Assembly: GCA_021158435.1 (NCBI GenBank)
Contig: JAGGUQ010000010.1
Coordinates: 1-45,492 of the forward strand
Length of the DNA stretch: 45,492 nt
Direction of reading: 5' to 3'
Source: a bacterium
Lineage (GTDB): Bacteria > Patescibacteriota > Patescibacteriia > UBA2591 > MWDC01
Both the position numbers and the translations under genes were made by a program. A model generated the notes under the pieces. That model had not been told where the DNA came from and did no database searches. It saw nothing but the letters and a program-made list of their open reading frames with translations. The first letter of the stretch is position 1. Every line of letters starts with the position of its first letter. Positions 27,388-36,579 of this stretch are shown one piece after another.

Positions 27388-28779
27388 ATGGCCAAACAGG
27401 ATAAAAAGGAAAATTTAGATAAATATGAACTCTGGCAAAGCGTTCTTGGCGAGCTAGAGCTCCTAATTTCTCCAGCAAATTTTAAAACTTGGTTTTCCAA
27501 TACTTTTATTTCACGAATTGAAGATGATGGAAGGACAGCAGTTATAGCTGTCCCTAATATTTTTACTCAAAATTGGCTTAGTCAGAAGTACCATAAAGAC
27601 ATTTTAAGGGCTCTGGCAAACATTACAGACAACAAGATAGAAAGGATTGTTTATACTATTGAAAGCAATTTTCAGGCAGCTAAGCAAATGGAAGATATTT
27701 CTCGTTTAGAAAAGATGGTTGAAAAAAAGAGCAACAAAGAAGAAGAATTTAATAAATATGGCCTTAATTCTCGATATACTTTTGACACTTTTGTTGTTGG
27801 TAAAGGAAATGAATTGGCTTATGCAGCAAGCAAAGCAGTTGTTTCTCAGCCAGGAAGAAAATATAATCCTTTGTTTATTTATGGAGGAGTAGGACTTGGC
27901 AAAACTCATTTACTTCAAGCAATTGGTCATGCTTTTCTTTCTAAGAATAAAAAAGCAAAAATTCTTTATGTTAATGCTGAAGTTTTTACCAATGAATTTG
28001 TTGAAAGCATTCGTAATGGTAAAAGTAATCATTTTAAGGAAAAATACAGGAATTTAGATTTATTATTGGTAGATGATGTTCAGTTTATGGCTGGAAAAGA
28101 AAGAACAGAAGAGGAATTCTTTCATACTTTTGATAGCTTGCATCAAGAAAAAAAACAGATAGTTATTACTTCAGATAGGCCACCAAAATCTTTAGCAGCT
28201 TTAGAAAAAAGAATAGTTTCTCGTTTTGAGTGGGGTTTAATTTGTGATATTGCTCCACCAGATTTGGAGACACGTCAGGCAATCTTAAAAGCAAAAGCAA
28301 AAGAAAGAGGATATAAACTGGATGAAGAGGTGATTAATTATTTGGCTTCTCATATTCAAAGTAATGTTCGAGAATTAGAAGGCGCTTTGAATAAAATTTT
28401 TGCCTGGCATGAATTGTATAACGAACCAATTGATAGAAATGTGGCAGAAAAAATTATTAAAAGTATGGTTGCCCAGACCCCAAGAAAGTTTGTTCCTTGG
28501 GAAAAGGTACTAAAAGAAGTTGCTGACTTTTATAATATAAAACCAGAAGAAATACAAGGTATTTCTCGAAAAAGAGAATTAGTAGTTCCTCGTCAAGTTA
28601 TTATGTATTTACTAAGAGAGGATTTAGAAATGTCTTTTCCGGCAATAGGTAAAAAATTGGGGAACAGAGACCATTCTACAGCAATGCATGGTTGGGAAAA
28701 AGTCAAAAAAGAAGTAGAAAATGACGGGAGAATAAAACAAGAAATAGATTTAATTCGACAAAGAATTTATAATGATTAA
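27388..28779 (+). CDS. dnaA: Chromosomal replication initiator DnaA
   Basis: YTFDTFVVG, YNPLFIYGGVGLGKTHL, LLVDDVQF, SNVRELEGAL, RDHSTAMH. Confidence 0.98.
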   Translation: MAKQDKKENLDKYELWQSVLGELELLISPANFKTWFSNTFISRIEDDGRTAVIAVPNIFTQNWLSQKYHKDILRALANITDNKIERIVYTIESNFQAAKQMEDISRLEKMVEKKSNKEEEFNKYGLNSRYTFDTFVVGKGNELAYAASKAVVSQPGRKYNPLFIYGGVGLGKTHLLQAIGHAFLSKNKKAKILYVNAEVFTNEFVESIRNGKSNHFKEKYRNLDLLLVDDVQFMAGKERTEEEFFHTFDSLHQEKKQIVITSDRPPKSLAALEKRIVSRFEWGLICDIAPPDLETRQAILKAKAKERGYKLDEEVINYLASHIQSNVRELEGALNKIFAWHELYNEPIDRNVAEKIIKSMVAQTPRKFVPWEKVLKEVADFYNIKPEEIQGISRKRELVVPRQVIMYLLREDLEMSFPAIGKKLGNRDHSTAMHGWEKVKKEVENDGRIKQEIDLIRQRIYND

Positions 28780-28791
28780 TTGATAGTTTTT

Positions 28792-29631
28792 ATGGGGACT
28801 AAAATAAAAGTAAGGAAGGCAAATGGCAAATGGGAATCTTTTGATTTGAATAGGATAAAAAAGACTTGTTATAAAGCAGGTGTAAATAAGAAAGTTGCTG
28901 ATTCAATAGCAAAAAAAGTTAGCCAACAGGTTTATAATGGCATTTCAACAAGGAAAATTCTTAAAAAAATTCAGAATTATCTCAAGGAATATAAGTCCAG
29001 CGCTGCTGCTATTTATTCTTTAAAATCAGCTCTAATGAGGTTAGGTCCATCAGGCTTTGTATTTGAGGATTACATTACTCGATTGTTTAGAGCCTGTGGC
29101 TGGCAAGCAACAAATCCTGAACCTATTTTAGGTTTTTGTATTTCTCATGAAGTTGATATTATCCTTAATAAAAAAGGGGATTATTATCCTGTAGAATGTA
29201 AATATCATAATAAAAGGGGTATTTATTCTGGATCTAAAGATGTATTATATACTTGGGGAAGATTTTTAGATTTAAAAAAGGGAGCTCAATTTAAGAAAAA
29301 TTTTTTTAATTTTAAAAAACCTTTATTGGTTACTAATACCAAGTTTTCAGAGCAGGCAAAACAATTTGCGTGTTGTCAGCAGATTGAACTTTTAGGGTGG
29401 AATTATCCAAGAAAAAGTTTAAATTTTTATATTCATAAAACTAAACTTTGGCCAATAACTATAATCCCTAATTTAAATTATAATCTTCGTTTTAAGCTTT
29501 TTAGAGAAAAAATTATTTGTTTAGAGGATTTATTTTCTTATGATTTTAAGTTAAAATATACTGGGATATCTTATCAAACAATTAAGAGCCTTCAAAGGCA
29601 AGCAAATGAAATTTTAACTGCTTATAAATAA
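28792..29631 (+). CDS. ATP-cone domain plus Mrr-like PD-(D/E)XK endonuclease domain protein
   Basis: VRKANGKWESFD..I (ATP cone); LGPSGFVFE; HEVDI...VECKYH; VTNTKFS..A; ELLGW. Confidence 0.85.
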   Translation: MGTKIKVRKANGKWESFDLNRIKKTCYKAGVNKKVADSIAKKVSQQVYNGISTRKILKKIQNYLKEYKSSAAAIYSLKSALMRLGPSGFVFEDYITRLFRACGWQATNPEPILGFCISHEVDIILNKKGDYYPVECKYHNKRGIYSGSKDVLYTWGRFLDLKKGAQFKKNFFNFKKPLLVTNTKFSEQAKQFACCQQIELLGWNYPRKSLNFYIHKTKLWPITIIPNLNYNLRFKLFREKIICLEDLFSYDFKLKYTGISYQTIKSLQRQANEILTAYK

Positions 29632-29635
29632 AATT

Positions 29636-31306
29636 ATGGTTTTAAGCAACAACCCTTTAACCCCAGAAGAAGTAGAAGAAAAACTTAGAGAGAAGTTAAA
29701 GAACTTAAGTTTAGAGAAAATAGAAGAGAATACTAAAAAGCTAGCCCAAAGTTCAGGAATGCCTTATATTCGGCTTAAGGGTTTTCCCATTACCCCTGAG
29801 GCATTAAGATTAATTAAAGAAGATAAAGCAAGAGCAATTAAGGCAGTTTGTTTTTATCAAAGTGAAACAGAAATAAAAATTGGGACCAGTTTAGTTAATA
29901 ACCCTGAATTAGATGAGTTACTTAAACAAATAGAACAAGATACAGGAAAAAAAGTTCAGGTTTTTTTAATTTCAGAGAATAGTTTGAAATATGCTTTAGA
30001 TTTATATAAAACATTACCCCATCTTTATCAACCTTCTAAAAAAGTTGAAATTACCAGCCAGGATTTAGAAAAATTTGAGAAAAAAATTAAGACATTTCGC
30101 GATTTAAATGAAGAAGTTCAAAAAGCAAGTACTTCAGATTTCATTTCCTTAATTTTAGCTTCAGCAATTAAATCTAGAGCATCTGATATTCATATTGAAG
30201 CAGAAGAAAAAGATATAAAAGTTCGCTTCAGAATTGATGGGGTATTAGTAGATGTGGCTAGTATTGATAAGAAATTTTGGAAACAAATTATTTCGAGGTT
30301 AAAACTTTTATCCTCATTAAAATTGAATGTTAGTGACGTTCCTCAAGATGGAAGGTTTAGCATTAAGCTGCCTTCTGATAAGCTGGATATTAGAATTTCT
30401 TGTTTGCCAACAGCTTTTGGAGAAAGTGTAGTTATGAGGCTTTTACGCTCTTCAGCTGTTGGTTTGAAATTTGAAGATTTAGGATTTTTTGGTGAGGCTT
30501 TTGAAATTTTGTCTAAAGAAATACAAAGGCCAAATGGAATGATTATAACCACTGGGCCGACTGGAAGTGGTAAAACAACTACTTTGTATGCAATTCTTAA
30601 TAAAATTAACCGGCCAGAGGTAAAAATTTTAACATTAGAAGATCCTATTGAGTACCAATTGCCAGGAATAAATCAAAGCCAAATTGATAAAAGTAAAGAT
30701 TATACATTTGCTAAAGGTTTGAGATCTCTTTTAAGGCAGGATCCTGATGTAATTATGGTAGGCGAGATAAGGGATTCAGAAACAGCAAAAATTGCTGTTC
30801 AAGCAGCTTTAACTGGACACTTAGTAATTTCAACTTTACACACCAATGATGCAGCTGGGGCTATTCCTCGTTTTCTTTCTTTAGGAGTTGAGCCATATCT
30901 TTTAGCTCCAGCTTTAAATGTAATTATTGCTCAGAGATTAGTAAGAAGAATTTGCCCTGAGTGTAAAAAAGAGGCTAAATTAGATGAAGAACTGCTTCAA
31001 AGAGTAAAAAAAGACTTATCACCAGTAGCTGAAAAGCAAGGTATATCTTTAGACAATTTAACCTTTTATAAAGGGGAAGGGTGTAGTAATTGTCAAGGTT
31101 TAGGTTATCGTGGAAGAATAGGTATTTATGAGGTTTTAAAAGTAGATTCGGAAATTGAAAAGCTAATAAGCAAAGGAGATGTTTCTGAGTATGATATAAA
31201 ACAAGCAGCAGACAAACAAGGAATGGTAACTATGGTCCAGGATGGTTTGATTAAAGCAGTTAAAGGCATTACTACTGTTGAGGAAGTTTATAGAGTTATT
31301 GAATAA
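29636..31306 (+). CDS. pilB: Type IV pilus / T2SS assembly ATPase (PilB/GspE family)
   Basis: ASDIHIE, PQDGR, TGPTGSGKTTTLY, LRQDPDVIMVGEIRD, STLHTN, CxxC...CxxC zinc site. Confidence 0.92.
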   Translation: MVLSNNPLTPEEVEEKLREKLKNLSLEKIEENTKKLAQSSGMPYIRLKGFPITPEALRLIKEDKARAIKAVCFYQSETEIKIGTSLVNNPELDELLKQIEQDTGKKVQVFLISENSLKYALDLYKTLPHLYQPSKKVEITSQDLEKFEKKIKTFRDLNEEVQKASTSDFISLILASAIKSRASDIHIEAEEKDIKVRFRIDGVLVDVASIDKKFWKQIISRLKLLSSLKLNVSDVPQDGRFSIKLPSDKLDIRISCLPTAFGESVVMRLLRSSAVGLKFEDLGFFGEAFEILSKEIQRPNGMIITTGPTGSGKTTTLYAILNKINRPEVKILTLEDPIEYQLPGINQSQIDKSKDYTFAKGLRSLLRQDPDVIMVGEIRDSETAKIAVQAALTGHLVISTLHTNDAAGAIPRFLSLGVEPYLLAPALNVIIAQRLVRRICPECKKEAKLDEELLQRVKKDLSPVAEKQGISLDNLTFYKGEGCSNCQGLGYRGRIGIYEVLKVDSEIEKLISKGDVSEYDIKQAADKQGMVTMVQDGLIKAVKGITTVEEVYRVIE

Positions 31307-31315
31307 AAAAGCGAT

Positions 31316-32362
31316 ATGGAAAAGAACAGCAAGAGGTTGGCAGTTGTTATCCCTTGTTATAATGGAAAGGAATATATAGAAAACTTGCTTTTATCATTAA
31401 AAAAGGGGAGCGTCCAACCTAATAAAATAATTTTGGTTGATAATGGTTCAACTGACGGAACTTATGTCTTTGTAAAAGAAAATTTTTCTGAAGTTGAACT
31501 GATTTTTTTTAAAGGAAAATTGGGCTATGCTAAAGCATCAAATATAGGAATTAAAAAGGCAATAGAACAAGGATATAAATATATCCTTCTCTTGAACCAG
31601 GATATAATTTGTAAGGAGAATACCATTGAGAAATTTCTTTATTATGCAGAAATATATAAAGATTTTTTTATTATTTTTCCTTTAATTCTTTTCTGGCCGC
31701 CAGGAGAAAATAAAATTATGAATGCAGGAACTTTAATGCACTTTCTTGGATTTGGCTATTCTGGCTCTTATAAATTACCTTTATCTCAGTTAAAAATAGG
31801 GAAATATTCCTATGCTCCAGGATGTTCTTTGCTGTTTAACTCAAAAAAACTAAAGAAAATTGGCCTGTTTGATGAAGATATTGTGATGTATCATGAAGAC
31901 TCAGATCTTTCTTTAAGGGGGCGATTTTTAAAGGAAAAGATTATTTTTATTCCAGAAATTCAAGTTTATCATTTATATAAAGAAAAAATTGACCATTTTC
32001 GTTGGTATTGGTCTGAGCGTAATCGTTTATTTATTCTTTTTAAGTTTTATAAGCTTCCTACTTTAATTTTAATGTTCCCGTTTTTTGTTTTTATGGAAAT
32101 AGGGATTATTTTTTTTAGCTTGCTTGGAGGATGGCTTGATCTAAAAATAAGGACATATTTTGATTTTTTGCGTCTTTTCAAAAAAATGCTTAAAAAAAGA
32201 AGAATGATCCAGCAAACCCGTCAAATAACTGATAAGGAATTTTTAGCATATCTTACGCCTGTTTTTAATTTCCCAGAGGTTAGCAGTCCTTTAATTAAAT
32301 ATATAGTTAATCCTATTTTTGGTTTAGGTTATAAAATTATATATTTTTTTGCTTTTTGGTAA
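31316..32362 (+). CDS. Glycosyltransferase family 2
   Basis: VVIPCYN, VDNGSTDG, LLNQD, GLFDE..MYHEDSDL. Confidence 0.92.
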   Translation: MEKNSKRLAVVIPCYNGKEYIENLLLSLKKGSVQPNKIILVDNGSTDGTYVFVKENFSEVELIFFKGKLGYAKASNIGIKKAIEQGYKYILLLNQDIICKENTIEKFLYYAEIYKDFFIIFPLILFWPPGENKIMNAGTLMHFLGFGYSGSYKLPLSQLKIGKYSYAPGCSLLFNSKKLKKIGLFDEDIVMYHEDSDLSLRGRFLKEKIIFIPEIQVYHLYKEKIDHFRWYWSERNRLFILFKFYKLPTLILMFPFFVFMEIGIIFFSLLGGWLDLKIRTYFDFLRLFKKMLKKRRMIQQTRQITDKEFLAYLTPVFNFPEVSSPLIKYIVNPIFGLGYKIIYFFAFW

Positions 32363-32377
32363 TTTTGAACAGCTTTT

Positions 32378-33532
32378 ATGAAAATTGCTCACTTTGTTTG
32401 TCGGTTCCCACCATATAAAGGAGGAATAGGCAATGTTTGTTATTATCAGGCAAAATATTTGTCCAAACTAGGCAATGAGGTTGTTGTTTTTACCCATTAT
32501 AATAGAAAAGAGCAGGGCCAGATTAATAGAACTAAAGAAAATTTTAAGGTTAAGGCTTTACCTTATTTATTTGCCTACGGCAATGCTTGTTTATGCCTTC
32601 CTGTTCAGATTAAACAGTGGAATCAATTTGACGTTATTCATCTTCATTTCCCCTTTATTGGTTTTGCTGAACAACTTTTATTTTTAAAAAAAATAGGCTT
32701 AATAAAACCCTATTTTGTTGTTCAGTATCATATGGATTTAGTTGGACAAGGAATAATAAAACATATCTTTAGTTTTTATAATAAATTTACTCTTCCTTTA
32801 CTCCTATCAGCTGATAAAATAATAACTAGTTCTCTAGACTATCTTATTCACTCTAAAATATCTAAATACTATCAAAAGAGAAAAAGCAAATTTGAAGTAA
32901 TTCCTTTAGGCATAGATGAAAATAAATTTTTTCCTTTAAAGAAAAAATTAGAAAATAAGAAAAATTTAGAGATTCTTTTTGTTGGAGGATTAGACAAAGC
33001 TCACTATTTTAAAGGAGTAGACATTTTAATTAGGGCATTTGCTAAAATTAATTTATTATTTCCTAATACAAAGTTGATTATCATAGGGCAGGGAGATTTA
33101 ATAGACTATTATAAAAATTTGGCCAAGCAATTAAAAATAGAAAAGAAAATATCTTTTTTATCAAAAGTTGAAAATAGGAATTTACCTTCTTACTACCAAA
33201 GAGCAGATATTTTTGTTTTACCTTCTATTAATCAGTCAGAAGCTTTTGGTATTGTTTCCTTAGAAGCAATGGCTTGCGGATGCCCAATTATTGTTTCAGA
33301 TTTACCAGGAGTAAGAACTTTAGTTAAAGGAAATGGATTTGTAGTTAAGCCAGCAAATGTTGAGGATTTAGTTAAAAAAATAAAAATATTGTTATCTAAC
33401 TCCCAAGTAAGAGAAAAAATGGGGGAGGAATCTTCTAAAATAGCCTTAAAAAATTTTACTTGGTCTAAAATAACAAAAAAATTATTATCTATTTATGAAA
33501 AAGGAGTTTTTTCAGATAATAAAAACAAATAA
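32378..33532 (+). CDS. Glycosyltransferase family 4 (GT-B)
   Basis: PPYKGG, LFVGGL..KG, EAFGIVSLEAMACG.P. Confidence 0.93.
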   Translation: MKIAHFVCRFPPYKGGIGNVCYYQAKYLSKLGNEVVVFTHYNRKEQGQINRTKENFKVKALPYLFAYGNACLCLPVQIKQWNQFDVIHLHFPFIGFAEQLLFLKKIGLIKPYFVVQYHMDLVGQGIIKHIFSFYNKFTLPLLLSADKIITSSLDYLIHSKISKYYQKRKSKFEVIPLGIDENKFFPLKKKLENKKNLEILFVGGLDKAHYFKGVDILIRAFAKINLLFPNTKLIIIGQGDLIDYYKNLAKQLKIEKKISFLSKVENRNLPSYYQRADIFVLPSINQSEAFGIVSLEAMACGCPIIVSDLPGVRTLVKGNGFVVKPANVEDLVKKIKILLSNSQVREKMGEESSKIALKNFTWSKITKKLLSIYEKGVFSDNKNK

Positions 33533-35765
33533 ATATTTTTCTGGAACTATACTTGGGGCATTTATTGCCCTTTTTTGGTTTTTAAATTTTCATTTTTTTG
33601 AAGTAAAAATTTTAAATTTTGTTTTATTTATTCTTTATTTTTGGCTTAATGGTTTTTATTTAGGAAAAATTCTAAGAAAATTTTTCAAAATAGAATTTAG
33701 TTTTATTCTTGGCTTGGTTTATCTTTTTTTCCTGATGAACTTTTTTCTTTCTGCATTTATTGTTTTCTATAAGATAGAGCCAATTTATTTATTTGTTATT
33801 CTAGGTGTAGTTTCTATTTTGCTTTCTTTAATTAATTCATTTTTAAAGGGAGAGGAAAAAGAGAAAAAAAGAATTTTTTCTATTGTCTTTAAAATTTTCA
33901 AGAAAAAAGAAGATTCTTCTATTCCTGTTTGGTGGAAGATTTGTTTTATAGTTTTATATTTTTCTTGTTTATTAACGCTTGCTTTTTCCAGAACTTCATC
34001 AGTTATTCGTTCTCCTTGGCAATTTATATCTTCCGTTTATATATACTTATATTTAGCTTTATTTTTCTTAGTCCTTTATGTTATAAAGTTTAAGCCTAAT
34101 TTGAAGTTTTTTATTTTAATAGTAGTGCTTTTTTCTCTACTTTGTCACAGCTACTTATTTTTCCCTTACCAAGCCGGCTTTGGAGGAGATAAGTGGAGAC
34201 ACCTAGGAGTTGAAAAGTGGTTAATGCAAGGGAATACTTATTTACCAGTTCTTTTTCCTTTAAGTAAAGCTAGTTTTTTGAAAATAGGGGGGATGAAAAT
34301 CCCTGAGGTTTTCTTAGTTGGGAATAAAACTTCTTATTCTAATTTTTGGGCTGGGGTAATTAGTTTGTCTTGGCTTTTATCAATAGACCCTTTTTGGGTG
34401 GATATTTTTTTGGGGATGATGCTATATAGTTTGTTTTTCCCTTTTTTGCTTTATGAATTAGCCGGAAAGATTTTTCAGGAAAAGATAAATACTTACGGTT
34501 ATTATTTTATCTTTGTTGTTCCTTTCTTGTTTTTCCCATTCCTTTTATATGGCTCTATTAGCATTCCTTTGTCCTATGGTTTATTCCCTTTTTGTTTGAG
34601 TTTAATTTTCCTTTTAAATTATTTAAATCAAAAAATTTCTTCTAAAGAGTTTCTAGCTTTTTTTATTCTTTTTGCTTTAGTCTTATATCTTAACTATATC
34701 CTTTATTTTATTCTTTATTTATCTATTACTGTTCTTGTTATTATTTATCGACAAAAAAGAAAGCTTGGACTTAGTCTAACACTTTTGTTGATTCTTTTGT
34801 TTATTGGTTTAGGAATTGTCTTTCCTTGTTTAGATACATTTAGAGGTTATTCTGCTTTAAAAGAAGGGGTAGATATAGAAAATTCACTAACTAATTTTAG
34901 TTTAGGATTTTTAGGCTTTAAAGCTATCTTTCCACGCTTGAACGGACTTGAGCAAGATAATTGGCTTTATAGCGGCATAGAAGAAAATTTAACCAACTCT
35001 ATTTTTGGAGAGTTTTCTCTTTATTTGCAACCTTTTTTTATTTTATTATTTTGGTTTCTTGTTTTTTTGGGATTTTTACATTTATATAAATTGTCTCCAA
35101 AGCATTTTGGGTTGATTTTTGGCCTTATTTTATCAATAGCTATAGCTCAATTTATTAGTTCCAATTTCCTTGAAGGAAGCAGGTTATTTTCTAAAAGGTT
35201 AGTTCTTTTCCATTCGTTTTTATTCTTTTTCCCGTTAAGCTTGGGAATATATTCACTTTTTTCTTATAAAAAAGAGCTTTTTATCCCTCTTGTTATTGTT
35301 CTAAGTTTTTTTGCTACAACAGTTTATATTTCTGGTCCTAAATTTGATGCTGTTACTGGTGATGAGTTAAGGGCAGCTAAATATGTCTGGTCGTATTTCA
35401 AAGAAAACAGCCAAGACAAAGAGAAAAACTATTGTGTTATTGGTAATACTTGGCCGCTTCTAGCTTTGGAAGGGGTAAGTGGTGAATACATTATAGCTGG
35501 GGGATTCCCTGTTTATCAAGAATATGCTCAGCCAGAAAGGGTTTCTCTTTTTGAAAATTTAAATAGAAGTCCTCATATTAATGATTTTAAAAAAGCCCTT
35601 AAAATTACTCAGGCGAATTCTTGCTTTTTTATGACTGAAGATAGGTGGATAACTCAAGGGAGAAAGCAAAAAGTAATAGAATCTCTTAATAAAATTGCTG
35701 GGCAGCCGACAATTATTGGCGATGTTTATATTTGGTACTATCAACCTAATTCAATTAATCTTTAG
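33495..35765 (+). CDS. Large polytopic membrane protein, possibly a GT-C-fold glycosyltransferase
   Basis: Many TM segments, a GGDKWRH loop and a soluble C-terminal domain; lies within the GT cluster. Confidence 0.6.
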   Translation: MKKEFFQIIKTNKYFSGTILGAFIALFWFLNFHFFEVKILNFVLFILYFWLNGFYLGKILRKFFKIEFSFILGLVYLFFLMNFFLSAFIVFYKIEPIYLFVILGVVSILLSLINSFLKGEEKEKKRIFSIVFKIFKKKEDSSIPVWWKICFIVLYFSCLLTLAFSRTSSVIRSPWQFISSVYIYLYLALFFLVLYVIKFKPNLKFFILIVVLFSLLCHSYLFFPYQAGFGGDKWRHLGVEKWLMQGNTYLPVLFPLSKASFLKIGGMKIPEVFLVGNKTSYSNFWAGVISLSWLLSIDPFWVDIFLGMMLYSLFFPFLLYELAGKIFQEKINTYGYYFIFVVPFLFFPFLLYGSISIPLSYGLFPFCLSLIFLLNYLNQKISSKEFLAFFILFALVLYLNYILYFILYLSITVLVIIYRQKRKLGLSLTLLLILLFIGLGIVFPCLDTFRGYSALKEGVDIENSLTNFSLGFLGFKAIFPRLNGLEQDNWLYSGIEENLTNSIFGEFSLYLQPFFILLFWFLVFLGFLHLYKLSPKHFGLIFGLILSIAIAQFISSNFLEGSRLFSKRLVLFHSFLFFFPLSLGIYSLFSYKKELFIPLVIVLSFFATTVYISGPKFDAVTGDELRAAKYVWSYFKENSQDKEKNYCVIGNTWPLLALEGVSGEYIIAGGFPVYQEYAQPERVSLFENLNRSPHINDFKKALKITQANSCFFMTEDRWITQGRKQKVIESLNKIAGQPTIIGDVYIWYYQPNSINL

Positions 35766-35767
35766 AT

Positions 35768-36343
35768 ATGTTTTATCGCTTTTATAGATTATTCTTTTGT
35801 TTAATCATTATTGGGTTTTTAATCTGGCTTATTTGCCAGAACTTTAGCCCAAGTAGTAAAGCGGTTGTTTGGCAGCCATCTGGAGAAGATAAACAGGTTA
35901 TTGAAACAACAAACTTTACTTCTCATTTTATCCAAAAAAAGCATATTTTAGGATTGTACCCTTCTTCAAGGTGGACGATTTTAAATGAGGGCGATTCTTA
36001 TTTAGCTGAAGTTTGGATGGAGCCTATTTATTTTTTTGTTCCTTTAATTAAAGATTCTAAAAAAGCAAAAGTAATTTTAACCTATCAAAGCAATTTGCCG
36101 GTTAGCTTAGGGTTAATGCATAAAAAGCTATTTCCTTTAGATTGGCGGTTTAAATTAGAATCTTTAAAGGATGAAGATGAAAAAAATGGCTGGAAAACAG
36201 GATCTGCTGATTTTTTTATTAGTCAAGATTTTATAAATAAAAAAGATAGGTTTAAAGGATTAGAGTTTATAATATCTTGCCCTAATTTGTATCAACAAGG
36301 TGAATATATTAAAATTAAGGAAATTCAGGTAATTTTAGAGTAA
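35768..36343 (+). CDS. Hypothetical membrane-anchored or secreted protein
   Basis: N-terminal hydrophobic helix and a beta-rich remainder. Confidence 0.65.
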   Translation: MFYRFYRLFFCLIIIGFLIWLICQNFSPSSKAVVWQPSGEDKQVIETTNFTSHFIQKKHILGLYPSSRWTILNEGDSYLAEVWMEPIYFFVPLIKDSKKAKVILTYQSNLPVSLGLMHKKLFPLDWRFKLESLKDEDEKNGWKTGSADFFISQDFINKKDRFKGLEFIISCPNLYQQGEYIKIKEIQVILE

Positions 36344-36348
36344 ATTAA

Positions 36349-36579
36349 ATGTTTAGTAATTTTTTTCATAAAAAAAATAAAAAGAGTATTCCAGGTTTAA
36401 AGCGAGCCTTAACTATTCTTTTCAAGGATATATTTTTGTTTTCTTTATGCTTTTTCCTTTTACTCCTAATACTTGAAGATATAAAGCCTGGGTTTGTTGT
36501 TTTTTGGTTTAATCCTTTAAACACTTTTTATATTTTATTACCAAGTTTATTAATCTATTTAATTTTAATATTTCTCTAA
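36349..36579 (+). CDS. Small two-TM hypothetical protein
   Basis: Fills the gap between neighbours exactly; LEDIKPGFV loop between two hydrophobic helices. Confidence 0.6.
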   Translation: MFSNFFHKKNKKSIPGLKRALTILFKDIFLFSLCFFLLLLILEDIKPGFVVFWFNPLNTFYILLPSLLIYLILIFL

